Assembly (NCBI GenBank): GCA_963806225.1
Contig: CAWDXG010000004.1
Coordinates: forward strand, 160,001 to 224,000
Origin: an uncultured delta proteobacterium
GTDB taxonomy: Bacteria; Myxococcota_A; Polyangia; Polyangiales; Polyangiaceae
DNA length: 64,000 nucleotides
Direction of reading: 5' to 3'
Shown here piece by piece: positions 41,223-54,149 of this stretch (position 1 is its first letter; every line of letters starts with the position of its first letter). Under the pieces are notes generated by a model. It searched no databases. It worked only from the letters and a program-made list of their open reading frames with translations, and was not told the DNA's origin. Both the position numbers and the translations under genes were made by a program.

Positions 41223-41780
41223 TCACCCGCCCGTGCACGTGCAGCCGGCGCTCTCGACGCGGCGGGCCGCATCGCTGACCTTGCCTCGCGCCTGGCTGCA
41301 GCGCGGGTCCTCTTTGCCCACGATCTCGCAGATGCGGTCAGCCGAACGCCGCATCGAGGCCAGCGCGCGGCACACCAGATCGCAGGTCGACCCAGCGGAC
41401 GCGCCTTCGGCCGCGGAGCTCTCGGCAGCCGGCGCCCCGGCGCTCCCTGTGTCCTCGTTGCTCTTCTCGACGAACTCTTGCCCGGGTGTAGACGCCGCTT
41501 CCGGCGGCGACGGGGCTGCGCTCTCCGTGACCTGGTCCGCGCCACCGGCGGGCACCTGCTGGGCGCCTTGCAGTTCGTCGAGCGTCTGCCCGTGCGGCGC
41601 ACCGCTCTGGCCGAGCCTGTCGTGGATGACCGCCTCCTGCTTGGCCAGCCGGTGCTCCAGCTCGTCGAGGTTGGACGTCGGCGGCTCGCCCGCAGGCTGC
41701 ATTTTCGCCATGCCGCAGCCCGAAACGACGAAAAGCACCGCGAGCACCGCCGCGGGCGCGCGTCGAGTCCGTCCGGTCAT
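41223..41780 (-). CDS. Hypothetical lipoprotein with Cys-rich helical C-terminus
   Basis: Lipobox VSGC; low-complexity linker; CDLVCRALASMRRSADRIC...RC...GCTC. Confidence 0.7.
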   Translation of the reverse strand: MTGRTRRAPAAVLAVLFVVSGCGMAKMQPAGEPPTSNLDELEHRLAKQEAVIHDRLGQSGAPHGQTLDELQGAQQVPAGGADQVTESAAPSPPEAASTPGQEFVEKSNEDTGSAGAPAAESSAAEGASAGSTCDLVCRALASMRRSADRICEIVGKEDPRCSQARGKVSDAARRVESAGCTCTGG

Positions 41781-41888
41781 CTTATGTCCCGATAACGCGA
41801 GCACGGCCCGGGAGCTTACTCCACTGGGCTTTGTCGCACGAAAAAAGCCCTCCGGGCGGGACCCGCCGAGCTGATCTACGCTTCGGTC

Positions 41889-44318
41889 ATGCTCCCCTCC
41901 GCGCCGGACGGGTCGCCGCTCACAGCCGTGCTCGGGCCGACCAACACGGGCAAGACGCACCGCGCGGTGGAGCGCATGCTCGTCCACGACAGCGGGATGA
42001 TCGGCCTGCCGCTCAGGCTCCTTGCACGCGAGATCTACGATCGCGTCACGCGCCGCCTGGGCGAAGCCGAGGTGGCGCTCGTAACCGGCGAGGAGCGACG
42101 CATCCCGGCCCGCCCGCGCTACTGGGTGTGCACCGTCGAGGCCATGCCGGTCGAACGCGAGGTGGACTTCCTCGCGGTGGACGAGATCCAGCTCGCGACG
42201 CATGCGGAGCGCGGCCACGTGTTCACCGACCGGCTGCTGAACGCTCGCGGCCGGCTCGAGACCTGGTTCATGGGCGCCGACACCATGCGTCCGGTGCTGC
42301 AGCAGCTCTTGCCCACGATCCGCATCGCGGGCCATCCGCGGCTATCCAGGCTGAGCTGCCGGGGCCACAGCTCGCTGGCCGCGCTCAAACCGCGCAGCGC
42401 GGTCGTAGCGTTCAGCGCACCGCGCGTCTACGAACTCGCCGAGCGGCTGAGAGTACGGCGTGGCGGCGCAGCGGTGGTGCTAGGCGCGCTCTCGCCGCGC
42501 GCGCGCAACCAGCAGGTCGCGCTCTACGAGTCCGGCGAGGTCGACTACATGGTGGCCACCGATGCCATCGGTATGGGCCTGAACATGGACGTCCGGCACG
42601 TCGCCTTTGCCGACCTCGCCAAGTTCGATGGGCGCGAAACCCGCCCGCTGGAAGCCGCCGAGCTTGCGCAGATCGCCGGGCGCGCCGGCAGATATCTCGA
42701 CGACGGCAGCTTCGGCACGCTCTCCCCTCTGCCCCCGCTGGATGAACGCCTGGTCCGTGCGATCGAGATGCACCATTTCCCCGTGGTGCGCCGCCTGGTC
42801 TGGCGAAACAGCGATCTGGATCTCTCCTCGGTGGACGCCCTGTGCGCGTCGCTCTCGGAGCGACCGCGTTCCGGGCTGCTCCGGCTCGTGGAGCGGACCG
42901 AGGATCACAGCGCGCTTGTCGCGCTCGCGTCGCGGCCCACGATCCGGCGACGGGCGCAGGGCCGCGACGCGGTGTCGCTCTTGTGGGACGTGTGCCGCAT
43001 TCCGGATTTCCGCCAGCTCTTGTTCGATCACCACGTGGAGCTGCTCGGCGAGCTGTTCCAGCAGCTGTCCGGTCTGCACGGTCGGCTCGATCCCGACTTC
43101 ATAGCCGAGCGGGTCGGACGCATCGACGACATGCAGGGTGACATCGAGACACTGATGATGCGCATGGCGTTCGTCCGCACCTGGACCTACGTGAGCCACC
43201 GCGAAACCTGGCTCGACGACGCGCGCCACTGGCAGGAGCGCACCCGGTCGATCGAGGACCGGCTGAGCGACGCGCTGCACCAGCGGCTTGTCGCTCGCTT
43301 CGTCGACGACACGCAGAAGACGGCCCAGCCGCGTGCGCGTCCCCGCGGCCGCCGCCCGCCAGAGAGCCCGGCGGAGGACCAGCGACGACCAGAAGGTCCC
43401 TTCGCGCAGCTCTTCGAGCTACGGCAGAAGATGCGGGATCCACTGCCAGCCGCCGAGAGTGGAAGCGACTGGCTCGAGGAGCTGCTCGAGGCGCCCCACG
43501 AGCGCTTCACGCTGGACACCGACGGTCGCATCCTCGACGGCGATCTGGTGCTCGGGCGCATGATCCGCGGCGCCGATCTGCTCCGGCCCGAGGTGTCGCT
43601 CACGCTCGACGACAGCATCGGCAGTGGCGCCCGCTCGCGGATCCAGCGCCGCCTGGTCGCGTGGACCCGCGATCTCGTATCGTCCACGCTCGCGCCGCTG
43701 AGGAGCGAGGGCGTGACCCAGCTGTCCGGGTCGGGGCGCGGACTGGTCTACCAGCTCGAGCAGAACCTGGGCACCGTCGAGACGGCGCAGGCGCGAGCCC
43801 AGCTCGCGACTCTGTCGCCAGACGACCGGCGCCTCCTCGGGCAGGTCGGCGTGCTGCTGGGCAAGCGCCTGGTCTACGTCAGGCGCCTGCTCGAGCCTTC
43901 CGCCGTCAGGAGCCGCGTCGCGCTGTGCTCGGCGTGGCTCGGGCTGCGCACACGGATCGCGCTGCCGCTGCCGGGCGCCGAATCGCTACCGGCCCAGCGC
44001 GATCTGGATGCAGCCGCGCACCTCGCCATCGGCTATCCACGCTTCGGTCCGCGCGCTATCCGCGCGGACACCGCCGAGCGTGTCGCGCGCCAGCTCCACC
44101 ATGCCGCGCGCCGCGGCGCCTTCGGTCCGCCGGACGGGTTGGCAGCGCGCTTCGAGTGCAACGACAGTGAACTTTGCGCGGTAATCGAGGCGTTCGGCTA
44201 TCGCAGGGTCAAGGGCGGCCAGTTCGCGGCGCGGGGCCGGCCGCATCCCCGGCGCCGGAGCCGGCGCCGCAAGCGGCCCGCCGCGGCAGCTCCGCCGCCG
44301 GACGCGGGCACGGACTGA
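41889..44318 (+). CDS. Suv3-like (MgpS-type) SF2 helicase
   Basis: LGPTNTGKT, PLRLLARE, CTVE, VDEIQ, ATDAIGMGLN, QIAGRAGR. Confidence 0.9.
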   Translation: MLPSAPDGSPLTAVLGPTNTGKTHRAVERMLVHDSGMIGLPLRLLAREIYDRVTRRLGEAEVALVTGEERRIPARPRYWVCTVEAMPVEREVDFLAVDEIQLATHAERGHVFTDRLLNARGRLETWFMGADTMRPVLQQLLPTIRIAGHPRLSRLSCRGHSSLAALKPRSAVVAFSAPRVYELAERLRVRRGGAAVVLGALSPRARNQQVALYESGEVDYMVATDAIGMGLNMDVRHVAFADLAKFDGRETRPLEAAELAQIAGRAGRYLDDGSFGTLSPLPPLDERLVRAIEMHHFPVVRRLVWRNSDLDLSSVDALCASLSERPRSGLLRLVERTEDHSALVALASRPTIRRRAQGRDAVSLLWDVCRIPDFRQLLFDHHVELLGELFQQLSGLHGRLDPDFIAERVGRIDDMQGDIETLMMRMAFVRTWTYVSHRETWLDDARHWQERTRSIEDRLSDALHQRLVARFVDDTQKTAQPRARPRGRRPPESPAEDQRRPEGPFAQLFELRQKMRDPLPAAESGSDWLEELLEAPHERFTLDTDGRILDGDLVLGRMIRGADLLRPEVSLTLDDSIGSGARSRIQRRLVAWTRDLVSSTLAPLRSEGVTQLSGSGRGLVYQLEQNLGTVETAQARAQLATLSPDDRRLLGQVGVLLGKRLVYVRRLLEPSAVRSRVALCSAWLGLRTRIALPLPGAESLPAQRDLDAAAHLAIGYPRFGPRAIRADTAERVARQLHHAARRGAFGPPDGLAARFECNDSELCAVIEAFGYRRVKGGQFAARGRPHPRRRSRRRKRPAAAAPPPDAGTD

Positions 44319-44342
44319 CGCCCCGCCGATCCGCTGCAGCTC

Positions 44343-45845
44343 TCAGGCGACGGCGCTGTCGCGGCCCGCATTGGCGAGCTGTTCGGCCGCGCGCCAGACC
44401 ACGGTCATGATCGAGTGCTGCGGGTTCACGCCGAGGTTCGTCGGGAACGCGCTCGCGTCCATGACGTACAGACCCGGAAGCTCGTGGCTCTGCAGATCCG
44501 GTCCCACAACGCTGCGCCGCGGATCGGCGCCTGCACAGGCAGTGCCGAAAAGGTGCGAGGCCATCATGTGGAAGTCCGCGCGGCCGAGCTCCGCACGCTC
44601 GAGCGCATCGACCTCGGAGACATCGTGGAGCACCTCCGGAGCGTGACCGAGGCCCGGGAAGACCTCCGTCGCGCCCGCCGCGAACATCATGCGGCAGATG
44701 AGAGCGAGCGCCCGCTGCATCGTGCGGAGGTCTCGATCGAGCGGCTCGTAGCGCACGACGGGCTTGCCGCCCCAGCCGGCGCTGACGCGACCGAGCGCGC
44801 CCATTCGCACCTGCACGACCCATTGCGCGTAGTGGTTCAGCTCGCCGAGCCGGGCCTGCCATTCGCCTCCGACGCCGGGCAATCTGAGAGCGAGCAACTC
44901 GGGCGGCAGCGACAACGACTCGATCTTGAAACCCTGCGCGCGCATCGGCACTTCGTAGCCCTGCGTTGCCCCGAAACCCATGTTGATGACATCGGGGAAG
45001 CGTCCCACGACGGCCGAGCCCGGGTGCGCCTGGAAGCGCTGGCCCACCATGCCGCGGAGCCCGCTCTTCAGCAGGATCACCGGCGTGTGCACCGCTCCCG
45101 CGGCCATGATCACGCCTCGGCGCGCGCGCGCCTCGAAGCGACCGACCGGGTGCCCGCTGCCCTTGTCCAGCACCGCGCCGCCGACGCCGATCGCGCGGCC
45201 GTCTTCGCGCAGTACCTTCTGCGCGCGGCACAGGGCGTGCAGCCGGGCGCCGTGCGCGATGGAGCGCGGGATGTACGACACGTCCATGCTCTGGCGCGCT
45301 TCTTCCGGACAACCCTGCAGACAGCGCGCGCGACCCTTGCAGCGCCGGGCGTTGCGCGTGATGGGCTTGCCGGGAAGGCCGAGCGCGCGGCACGCTTCCT
45401 CCATCTTGTGCGCGTTGTCGCCGCGCACCTCGGGAGCCGTCACGTCGACCTCGAGCTCGTCCTCGAGGATGTCGTAGATGCGCATCTGCTCCGCCTCGTC
45501 GACCAGATCGCCGAGCCCGAACTCGCGCGTCCAGTGCTCGCGCACGTCGTCGGGCATACGCCAGATAATGCCGGAGTTGATGGCCGTGCTGCCGCCGACC
45601 AGCTTGCCCTGGAGCAGCGGAATGGGCGTCGCGCCCACGGTGGACTGGGTGCCCATGTCGCGAACGGCAATGCTCATCGCGCCGAGCAGATCCGTCGGGC
45701 GCTCGGAGGCGGCCAGCTCCGGCCCTTCCTCGAGCATCACCACCTCGTAGCCCGCTTCGCTCAGGACCCGCGCCGCCGTGGCACCGCCGGCGCCGGTGCC
45801 GACGATCACGAAGTCGGCCTCTTCCTCGAGGACCAGGCGGGTCAT
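44343..45845 (-). CDS. GMC-family FAD oxidoreductase
   Basis: VIVGTGAGG, VGGSTAINSG, C-x5-CLQGCP, AAGAVHTP, SHLFGT, DASAFPTNLGVNPQ. Confidence 0.92.
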   Translation of the reverse strand: MTRLVLEEEADFVIVGTGAGGATAARVLSEAGYEVVMLEEGPELAASERPTDLLGAMSIAVRDMGTQSTVGATPIPLLQGKLVGGSTAINSGIIWRMPDDVREHWTREFGLGDLVDEAEQMRIYDILEDELEVDVTAPEVRGDNAHKMEEACRALGLPGKPITRNARRCKGRARCLQGCPEEARQSMDVSYIPRSIAHGARLHALCRAQKVLREDGRAIGVGGAVLDKGSGHPVGRFEARARRGVIMAAGAVHTPVILLKSGLRGMVGQRFQAHPGSAVVGRFPDVINMGFGATQGYEVPMRAQGFKIESLSLPPELLALRLPGVGGEWQARLGELNHYAQWVVQVRMGALGRVSAGWGGKPVVRYEPLDRDLRTMQRALALICRMMFAAGATEVFPGLGHAPEVLHDVSEVDALERAELGRADFHMMASHLFGTACAGADPRRSVVGPDLQSHELPGLYVMDASAFPTNLGVNPQHSIMTVVWRAAEQLANAGRDSAVA

Positions 45846-46276
45846 TCGGCGGCCTCTTCGGCAGGCAGGAGCAACGGCAGCCGGCGCGAACCGTTCTCGT
45901 CGTGGTCGTAGTGGGAGCGTTCGCGCAACGCGCAGGCGGCGAACATCGCCAGACAGGCGCTCATCTTCAGGAAGAACGCAATCTCGCGCACGATGTAGAA
46001 CCGATGCGACAGCATGCGTTCGAGGATCTCCGTGCGGCGCTCGGCACTGATGCTTGTGAACGTGCGCAGCCTGCCGAACAGCCACAGCGGCGCCAGCGCC
46101 GTCAGCCACAGCGCCAGCCTGAGACCGATCGCCGCCTGGCGGGTCGACGCGTGCATCATGCGGCGCACGGCGCCCACGTAGTCGACCTCGCCCTGCGCGG
46201 GCGCGATGCCTGGGCCGCCTTCCGGAGCGAAGCCCGCGAGTACGGCCGTCGCCCATCGTTCCTCGAAAGCCAACAT
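45842..46276 (-). CDS. Small partner protein of the GMC oxidoreductase (hypothetical)
   Basis: 4-nt ATGA overlap with the GMC start; helical 144-aa protein. Confidence 0.7.
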   Translation of the reverse strand: MLAFEERWATAVLAGFAPEGGPGIAPAQGEVDYVGAVRRMMHASTRQAAIGLRLALWLTALAPLWLFGRLRTFTSISAERRTEILERMLSHRFYIVREIAFFLKMSACLAMFAACALRERSHYDHDENGSRRLPLLLPAEEAAE

Positions 46277-46281
46277 GATGT

Positions 46282-47112
46282 TCAGTCCTCTCTCCGGGCG
46301 CCGGTCGTGTCCGGGTCCGGGTCAATGTCGGTTGCTGCGGCCGCCTGCGCGTCGTCGGTGGCAGCCGGGGTCGTTTCGTCGTCCGCGGACGCCACGGCGC
46401 TGCGAATGCGCGAGAGCGTCGCGTTGTCGAGCCGGTCGAGGATGCGGCCGGCGATGCGCACCACGCGCTTCGGATCCCGCTCGGCCATCAGCTCGACCAG
46501 CCGCTCGTAGACCATCATCGTCTGCGGCGCGTTCGACTGGAACGCCATCTGGAAGCCGGGGTTGTTGGCGATCAGGCGGACGACGGTGTTGTAGAGCAGC
46601 TCCAGGGCCAGGTTGCGGCCGGCGCGCACCATCAAGCGCGCGAAATGCAGATCCGCGAGCATGAAGCCTTCAGGATCGTCGAGCAGCTGCGCCTGCTTTC
46701 CTACGTGCTCTCTGAGCTCGGCGAGCTCCGCGTCGGTCGCGCGCTCCGTGACGAAGCCGAGCAGATCGACCGCGACCATGCGCCGGAGCTCCAGCAGATC
46801 CGCCAGGAGCTCCACCGGGACGGTGCCGCCAGCGAGCTGCTGCGAGGCCAGGTAGCCGAGCAGGTCGACGCCGCCGCTCTCGCGGAAGTCGAGCACCCGC
46901 GTTCCGGAGCCGTGCACCGAGCGCAGCAGCCCCTCCGTCTCGAGCCGCGCGATCGCCGAGCGCAGCGTGAGCCGACTGACGCCGAGCTGTTCGGACAACG
47001 CCCGCTCGCCGGGCAGCGCGCTGCCGGCCGGCAAGCGACCGCGCAGGATCTCGGCGCGGAGCCAGTCCGCCGTCGTCTCGACGGCGCGCTTGCGGTTGTT
47101 GGCAGCAGCCAT
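46282..47112 (-). CDS. GntR/FadR-family transcriptional regulator
   Basis: LPGERALSEQLGVSRLTLRSAI...HGSGTRV winged HTH; FCD-like C-terminal domain. Confidence 0.92.
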   Translation of the reverse strand: MAAANNRKRAVETTADWLRAEILRGRLPAGSALPGERALSEQLGVSRLTLRSAIARLETEGLLRSVHGSGTRVLDFRESGGVDLLGYLASQQLAGGTVPVELLADLLELRRMVAVDLLGFVTERATDAELAELREHVGKQAQLLDDPEGFMLADLHFARLMVRAGRNLALELLYNTVVRLIANNPGFQMAFQSNAPQTMMVYERLVELMAERDPKRVVRIAGRILDRLDNATLSRIRSAVASADDETTPAATDDAQAAAATDIDPDPDTTGARRED

Positions 47113-47125
47113 GGTTGGACTCCAG

Positions 47126-47244
47126 CTGGTTCAACCAACTGGTATTTCCAGTTGGCGCTACTGGTATTACCACTCACAGGAGCTACCGCAAACAGTATTT
47201 CGCACCTGCTCGAAGAATTTTATAACAGCTGGTAATTCCCAGCT
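47126..47244. promoter_or_regulatory. Array of four FadR-type operator-like palindromes (TGGT-N3-[A/T]CCA-like)
   Basis: TGGTTCAACCA 47127-37; CCAACTGG-TATTT-CCAGTTGG 47135-55; TGGTATTACCA 47162-72; AGCTGG-TAATTC-CCAGCT 47227-44. All lie in an AT-rich patch directly upstream of the GntR gene. Confidence 0.7.
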
Positions 47245-47315
47245 TTTTTGATTGTAGCAGGTGCGTAGTTCAACGGACCCGTGGCGCCGGCCCGTGATTC
47301 GATCATGTTCTAGAG

Positions 47316-48251
47316 GTGAAGACTGGTCCCGTCGCGAGGCTGCTGTGGGTCCTCGGCGCTGCCTTGGTCGTCGCTGCGCTCGGCGCGGGCTGGCTCCTCC
47401 AGCGGTCCCGCGAGCGGGTGCGCTCGCTCGACGCGGCGGCCAGGAACTACGTCGAGTGGATCCGCGCTGGCGACCCACGCGCCGGCGTCGAGTTGGGGGC
47501 CGAACGTCGTTTTGCCCGCGCGCTCGGCGTCCTCGCCGACAGCGCGGAGCACGACAGCTGGCACAGCGATGCCGGCCGTGCCATCCGCAGGACGCTCGCC
47601 GCACGCCTCGCCACATCCAACCTGGGCCCGACGCTCGATCCCTCCGCGCTGCGGCTGGACGATGCCAGCTGGCTCTGTGACCCGGCCACGGCCTGCACGC
47701 GCCGCCAAGCGCGCGAGCTGGAGCGTGCGCTGCGCCGGCTCGACGGCGCGCTCGCGACGCGCCGCGCGAAGCTGCACCTCGCTGGCTCGGCGCTACTGCT
47801 CGGCGGTGCGACGCCGCCGCCGCTGGCGCGACCGGTTCCGATCCGGGGCTCCGATCTCGTCGCTTCGTGGCTGGGCACGAATGCGTGGGGGCAGCTGCTG
47901 CGCTCGCGCCCACCGCACGCGCTGGATTTCCCCGACGGCCATCACCTGGCGCTGGAAGCCCACACGGGGAGCATCTGGGCCACGACCTGGACGGACAGCT
48001 CGCCGCGGCGCGGTCCGCTGCGGATCGCGGAAGTGCCGCCCGTGGAGTGCGGCCGCGAACCGCCGCTGTCCTCCGAACGCCCCACCGCGCGCTGCCGCGA
48101 GGTCGCGATCACGGCCATGGTGGCGACACGCGGCGGCCGCGTGGCGGTCAAGCTGCTCCGCACCAACGTGGACTTCGTGTCGGAGCTGCTGCTCGTGTCG
48201 GCGGACTACGGGCAGAGCTGGCAGCCGCAGAAGCCGCGCGCGATCCGTTGA
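47316..48251 (+). CDS. Hypothetical membrane-anchored protein
   Basis: N-terminal TM helix; C-terminal SADYGQSW resembles an Asp-box (BNR) motif. Confidence 0.55.
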   Translation: MKTGPVARLLWVLGAALVVAALGAGWLLQRSRERVRSLDAAARNYVEWIRAGDPRAGVELGAERRFARALGVLADSAEHDSWHSDAGRAIRRTLAARLATSNLGPTLDPSALRLDDASWLCDPATACTRRQARELERALRRLDGALATRRAKLHLAGSALLLGGATPPPLARPVPIRGSDLVASWLGTNAWGQLLRSRPPHALDFPDGHHLALEAHTGSIWATTWTDSSPRRGPLRIAEVPPVECGREPPLSSERPTARCREVAITAMVATRGGRVAVKLLRTNVDFVSELLLVSADYGQSWQPQKPRAIR

Positions 48252-48252
48252 G

Positions 48253-48546
48253 CTACGCGCGATCGCCGGCGCGACGGCCGCGCGTGCGCCGCTCGCCGCC
48301 GGGCGGATTGTCGTCGCCGGCACGTCGCGGAACCAGCGAGCGCTGTCCCGGGAACGGCTCGCTGAAGTGTGCGCGGATCTCGGCCAGAGTACGCGTACCG
48401 TGCGCGATCGCCTCGTCGGCGTGCTCCAGGCATAGCGTGACCACACGCTCGTTGACCACGACGCGGAACGTGCCGTTCGCGGCCAACGTCACGAGCGCTC
48501 CGGTGGATTCACTCAGGCTCTGGCAGACTTCGCACGCTCGACCCAT
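48253..48546 (-). CDS. Small hypothetical protein with CxxC...CxxH and Arg-rich tail (97 aa)
   Basis: MGRACEVCQ...TLCLEHA...PRRAGDD...ERRTRGRRAGDR. It is the C-terminal part of ORF 48253..50160 that does not overlap the SNF2 gene. Confidence 0.6.
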   Translation of the reverse strand: MGRACEVCQSLSESTGALVTLAANGTFRVVVNERVVTLCLEHADEAIAHGTRTLAEIRAHFSEPFPGQRSLVPRRAGDDNPPGGERRTRGRRAGDRA

Positions 48547-48602
48547 GACCCGCGCACTTTCGACGAACTGGCGGAGCCGGGCCAAGTTTCCGCCGGTCGC
48601 CG

Positions 48603-51491
48603 TCAACCGAGCAGTGCCAGCAGATCCTCGCGGGTGATCTGCTGGGCTTGCGTGGCGCCCCCCAGCGCGGCGTCGGCGAGAGCGCGTTTCTTCTCCTGCA
48701 GCGCCAGGATCCCCTCCTCCACTGTCCCGCGAGCGACCACGCGGTAGACCATCACGGGGCGATCCTGGCCGATGCGATGGGCGCGATCGGCAGCCTGGTC
48801 CTCGGCGGCAGGGTTCCACCAGGGGTCCATGAGGAAGACGTGATCGGCAGCGGTGAGGTTGAGACCGGTGCCGCCAGCTTTGAGCGAGGCGAGCAGTACG
48901 GGCGGGCCGCTCTCCGACTGGAACGCGGAGACAACTCCGGCGCGATCGTGGGTCGAACCGTCCAGACGTGTGAACGCGATGCCGGCGTCGTCGAGCGCCG
49001 GCTCGATGCGGTCGAGCAGCGAGGTCCACTGCGAGAACACCAGCGCCTTGTGGCCGTCCGCGGCGGCGTCTTCGAGTGCCTCTCGCAGGGCTTCGACCTT
49101 CGAGCTGGTGTCCGCTTCCTGGCCGGGCACGAGACCGCTGTGACACGCCGCCTGTCGCATCCGGAGCAATGCCTCCAGAGCCGCCAGCACGCTGCCGCCC
49201 TGCGCGAGCTGCGAGATGACCTCGCGCCGCGAGGCCGCGCGCACGGCTTCGTAGACATCGCGCTCGCGCTCGTCGAGCTCGACATGCAGCACGATGTCGC
49301 TGCGCGGCGGCAGCTCCGGCGCGACGTCGCGCTTCAACCGGCGGAGCACGAACGGCTTCACGCGTTGCCTGAGCCGTTCGGTGGCCGCCGCGTCGCCCAT
49401 ACCGATGGGTCGCGCATAACGATCGTCGAAGTCGCCGCGCCCACCGAGCAGGCCGGGGTTGGCGAAATGCATCAGGCTCCAGAGCTCTTCCAGGCGGTTC
49501 TCGACCGGGGTGCCGCTCATTGCGAGCCGGAACGGCGCTTCGAGCCGGTAGGCCGCGCGCGCGACCTGGCTGTCGGGATTCTTGATCGCCTGCGCCTCGT
49601 CCAGCACCACACTGTCCCACGACTCGGCTGCCAACTGTTTGGTGTCGAGGCGCAGCAGCGGGTAGCTGGTAATCACGAGCTCCGCCGCCGCGTCCAGTTG
49701 GCGCTTCGGGCCGTGGTAGAGCGCCACACGCAGATCGGGGCGGAAACGCCGGGCCTCGGCTTCCCAGTTGAAGATCACGCTCTTCGGGCAGACCACCAGC
49801 GTGCGTCCGCGCACAGCGCACAGCGCCTGCAGCGTCTTGCCGAGGCCCATATCGTCGGCCAACACGCCGCCGAGTTCCGCGCGGCGCAGAAACGAGAGCC
49901 AGTCCACGCCGTGGCGCTGGTAGTGGCGCAGCGTCGCGGTGAGATCGGCGGGCAGCTCTGCATCCGGCAGCTCTGCGCCCTCCCGCAGCAGCGGCTCGAG
50001 CCGCTCGAAGCCGGGTGGGCGCGGCTGCTCCAGCTCGTCGGCCAGCGAGGCGAGCACGGGCAAAGCGACCGTCGGCACGCTGCCCTCGCCGCGCGCGGCG
50101 AGCAGATCGGCCACGCGGTCGCCGAAGCGCTCGAGCCAGTCCACCGGCAGTGGCGCCCACCCGCCTGTGTCGAGCGGGACCAGATCGAGCCCGTCGCGCC
50201 AGGCACGCAGCACGGCTTCCGGCGCGGCGCGGCCCGTCCGCTCGCCCTTCTCGCTTCCCGCGCTCTCGAACGTCAGCTCGAAATCGTCGCCGTCGACCAG
50301 CAGGCGGGCTACCAGCGCTTCGCGCCGCACCACGTGCGGATCGAGCGATTCTCCGGAAGCGCTCTGCCAGGCGCGGAGCCGCGCGGCGTAGCGCACCGCC
50401 TCGCGCCCGTCGAAGTTCACGCGCCGCCCCGGAACCAGATGCAGCTCGTCGCGCAGCCTGGCGAGCAACTCGCGCTCCTCGGCTTCGTCGCGTTTCGGCA
50501 CGGCGCCCGAAAGATGCACCAAGCGTTCGCCGTCGACGCGCGCGACGGGCGGGTCGCCGTAGACCAGCGTTGGCAGCACCGAGAGGGTGTGCTCTGCGTG
50601 CCCGATATCGAGCGCGATGCGCGGGCGCACGCTGCGCTCGCGCCCCGGCAGTTGCGCAGTGCGGATGTCCACCGGGATCTGCTTGTCGATTTCAGGCAGC
50701 ACGGTGCCGACCAGCTCGCCCAGCTCCGGACGCGTGAAGACACGCGAAAGGGGCAGGCGCTCGAGTCGCTCGCCCGTCAGCTCGGTGTGTCCGAGCGGGC
50801 GCAGCGTGTCGCCCGCGCGCCCGATCCCCTTGGCTACGACCGCGGCGAGCGCCGGGTCTGGATCGATGCGGAGCTCGACGCCGCTGTCGTGGTCCTGCAC
50901 CAGCGCCCGCGGCTCGAAGGGCTCGCTGGCGAGCTCTACCGGGTCGCCCTTCCAGCGCACGTGCAGAGAACCGGCAAGCAGCGCCACGACCGAGCCGCCG
51001 CGGTGCGGGACGCCGCGCGGGTTGGCTGCCAGCATGCGGTCCAGCGCCAGATCCTCGTGCGACGGCGAGAGCGAGGGCTCGGCCCCCAGCGACTTTTCCA
51101 GCCGCCGTTCGCCGTCCGGGTGGAGCACCCAGCGCTCGAGCACCAGGTTGCCGAAGCGATCCGCATCGAGGCGGTATTCGAGGCGCGCCACGGCACCCTC
51201 GGCCGAGGGCAGGACGCTGCCTGCCTTCCCTGCCCTGTCGAAGGCGATCGCCGCTGCCACGACGTGCGCGCACGGATCGGCCTTGTCGCCGCAATCGCAC
51301 GTCCACTCGATATCCGCCGGATACAGCACCGCGGTCGGCGGCACCGCGCGCCCGGGCGCCTTGACCCGGAACACCACCTCGTCGTCCGCCGAACGTTCAA
51401 CGAGCACAGCCTCGGCGCCGGCGAGCTTGTTGCCCTGCGCCCAGACGGCCGGCAGGCAGGCTTTGCGGATAGCGGCGAGGAGGTCGTTCAT
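48603..51491 (-). CDS. SWIM zinc finger-SNF2 family helicase, 962 aa
   Basis: SWIM CDC...[58 protein letters not shown]. Confidence 0.93.
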   Translation of the reverse strand: MNDLLAAIRKACLPAVWAQGNKLAGAEAVLVERSADDEVVFRVKAPGRAVPPTAVLYPADIEWTCDCGDKADPCAHVVAAAIAFDRAGKAGSVLPSAEGAVARLEYRLDADRFGNLVLERWVLHPDGERRLEKSLGAEPSLSPSHEDLALDRMLAANPRGVPHRGGSVVALLAGSLHVRWKGDPVELASEPFEPRALVQDHDSGVELRIDPDPALAAVVAKGIGRAGDTLRPLGHTELTGERLERLPLSRVFTRPELGELVGTVLPEIDKQIPVDIRTAQLPGRERSVRPRIALDIGHAEHTLSVLPTLVYGDPPVARVDGERLVHLSGAVPKRDEAEERELLARLRDELHLVPGRRVNFDGREAVRYAARLRAWQSASGESLDPHVVRREALVARLLVDGDDFELTFESAGSEKGERTGRAAPEAVLRAWRDGLDLVPLDTGGWAPLPVDWLERFGDRVADLLAARGEGSVPTVALPVLASLADELEQPRPPGFERLEPLLREGAELPDAELPADLTATLRHYQRHGVDWLSFLRRAELGGVLADDMGLGKTLQALCAVRGRTLVVCPKSVIFNWEAEARRFRPDLRVALYHGPKRQLDAAAELVITSYPLLRLDTKQLAAESWDSVVLDEAQAIKNPDSQVARAAYRLEAPFRLAMSGTPVENRLEELWSLMHFANPGLLGGRGDFDDRYARPIGMGDAAATERLRQRVKPFVLRRLKRDVAPELPPRSDIVLHVELDERERDVYEAVRAASRREVISQLAQGGSVLAALEALLRMRQAACHSGLVPGQEADTSSKVEALREALEDAAADGHKALVFSQWTSLLDRIEPALDDAGIAFTRLDGSTHDRAGVVSAFQSESGPPVLLASLKAGGTGLNLTAADHVFLMDPWWNPAAEDQAADRAHRIGQDRPVMVYRVVARGTVEEGILALQEKKRALADAALGGATQAQQITREDLLALLG

Positions 51492-51729
51492 TGTCGGATC
51501 GCGCGGACCTTGTAGCAGAGCGCCGGCGACCCGGCAGCCGCTGACCCGGGACGCGCTGGGTGTCCGCCCCGCGCCGTTCCGGCCGCGCCGCCCTCCGGCT
51601 GCCAGGACCCACCCACCTGAGCTCGATCCCGGGGCGGAAATCGCCAGGGGCTCGCCGATCAGGGCCGGGCGTCGTAGATTCCGCGGTCCGTGGCCCGAGG
51701 GCCGCGGATTTCCGACGACCCGGAGACCC

Positions 51730-54018
<2,289 letters not shown>

Positions 54019-54149
54019 CTCGCGCCCGAGCCGAAACGCGCTTGCGCGGCAGGCCCGATAGCCTACGCTGACGCTCGTGCGGGGCAATCGGCTACAGGCG
54101 GACCGCGCCGGTCTGCCCGAGGCTCTGTCAACCTAGGCCCGCCCGCGCC

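Noticed and set aside
51670..51720. GC-rich hairpin in the glnS leader as a T-box or riboswitch
   Set aside because: No T-box consensus or terminator U-tract; such hairpins are expected at this GC content.
50587..51729. 381-aa N-terminal extension of GlnRS in the ORF track
   Set aside because: It overlaps the SNF2 gene antisense; GlnRS similarity begins at ATG 51730, which has a GGAG RBS.
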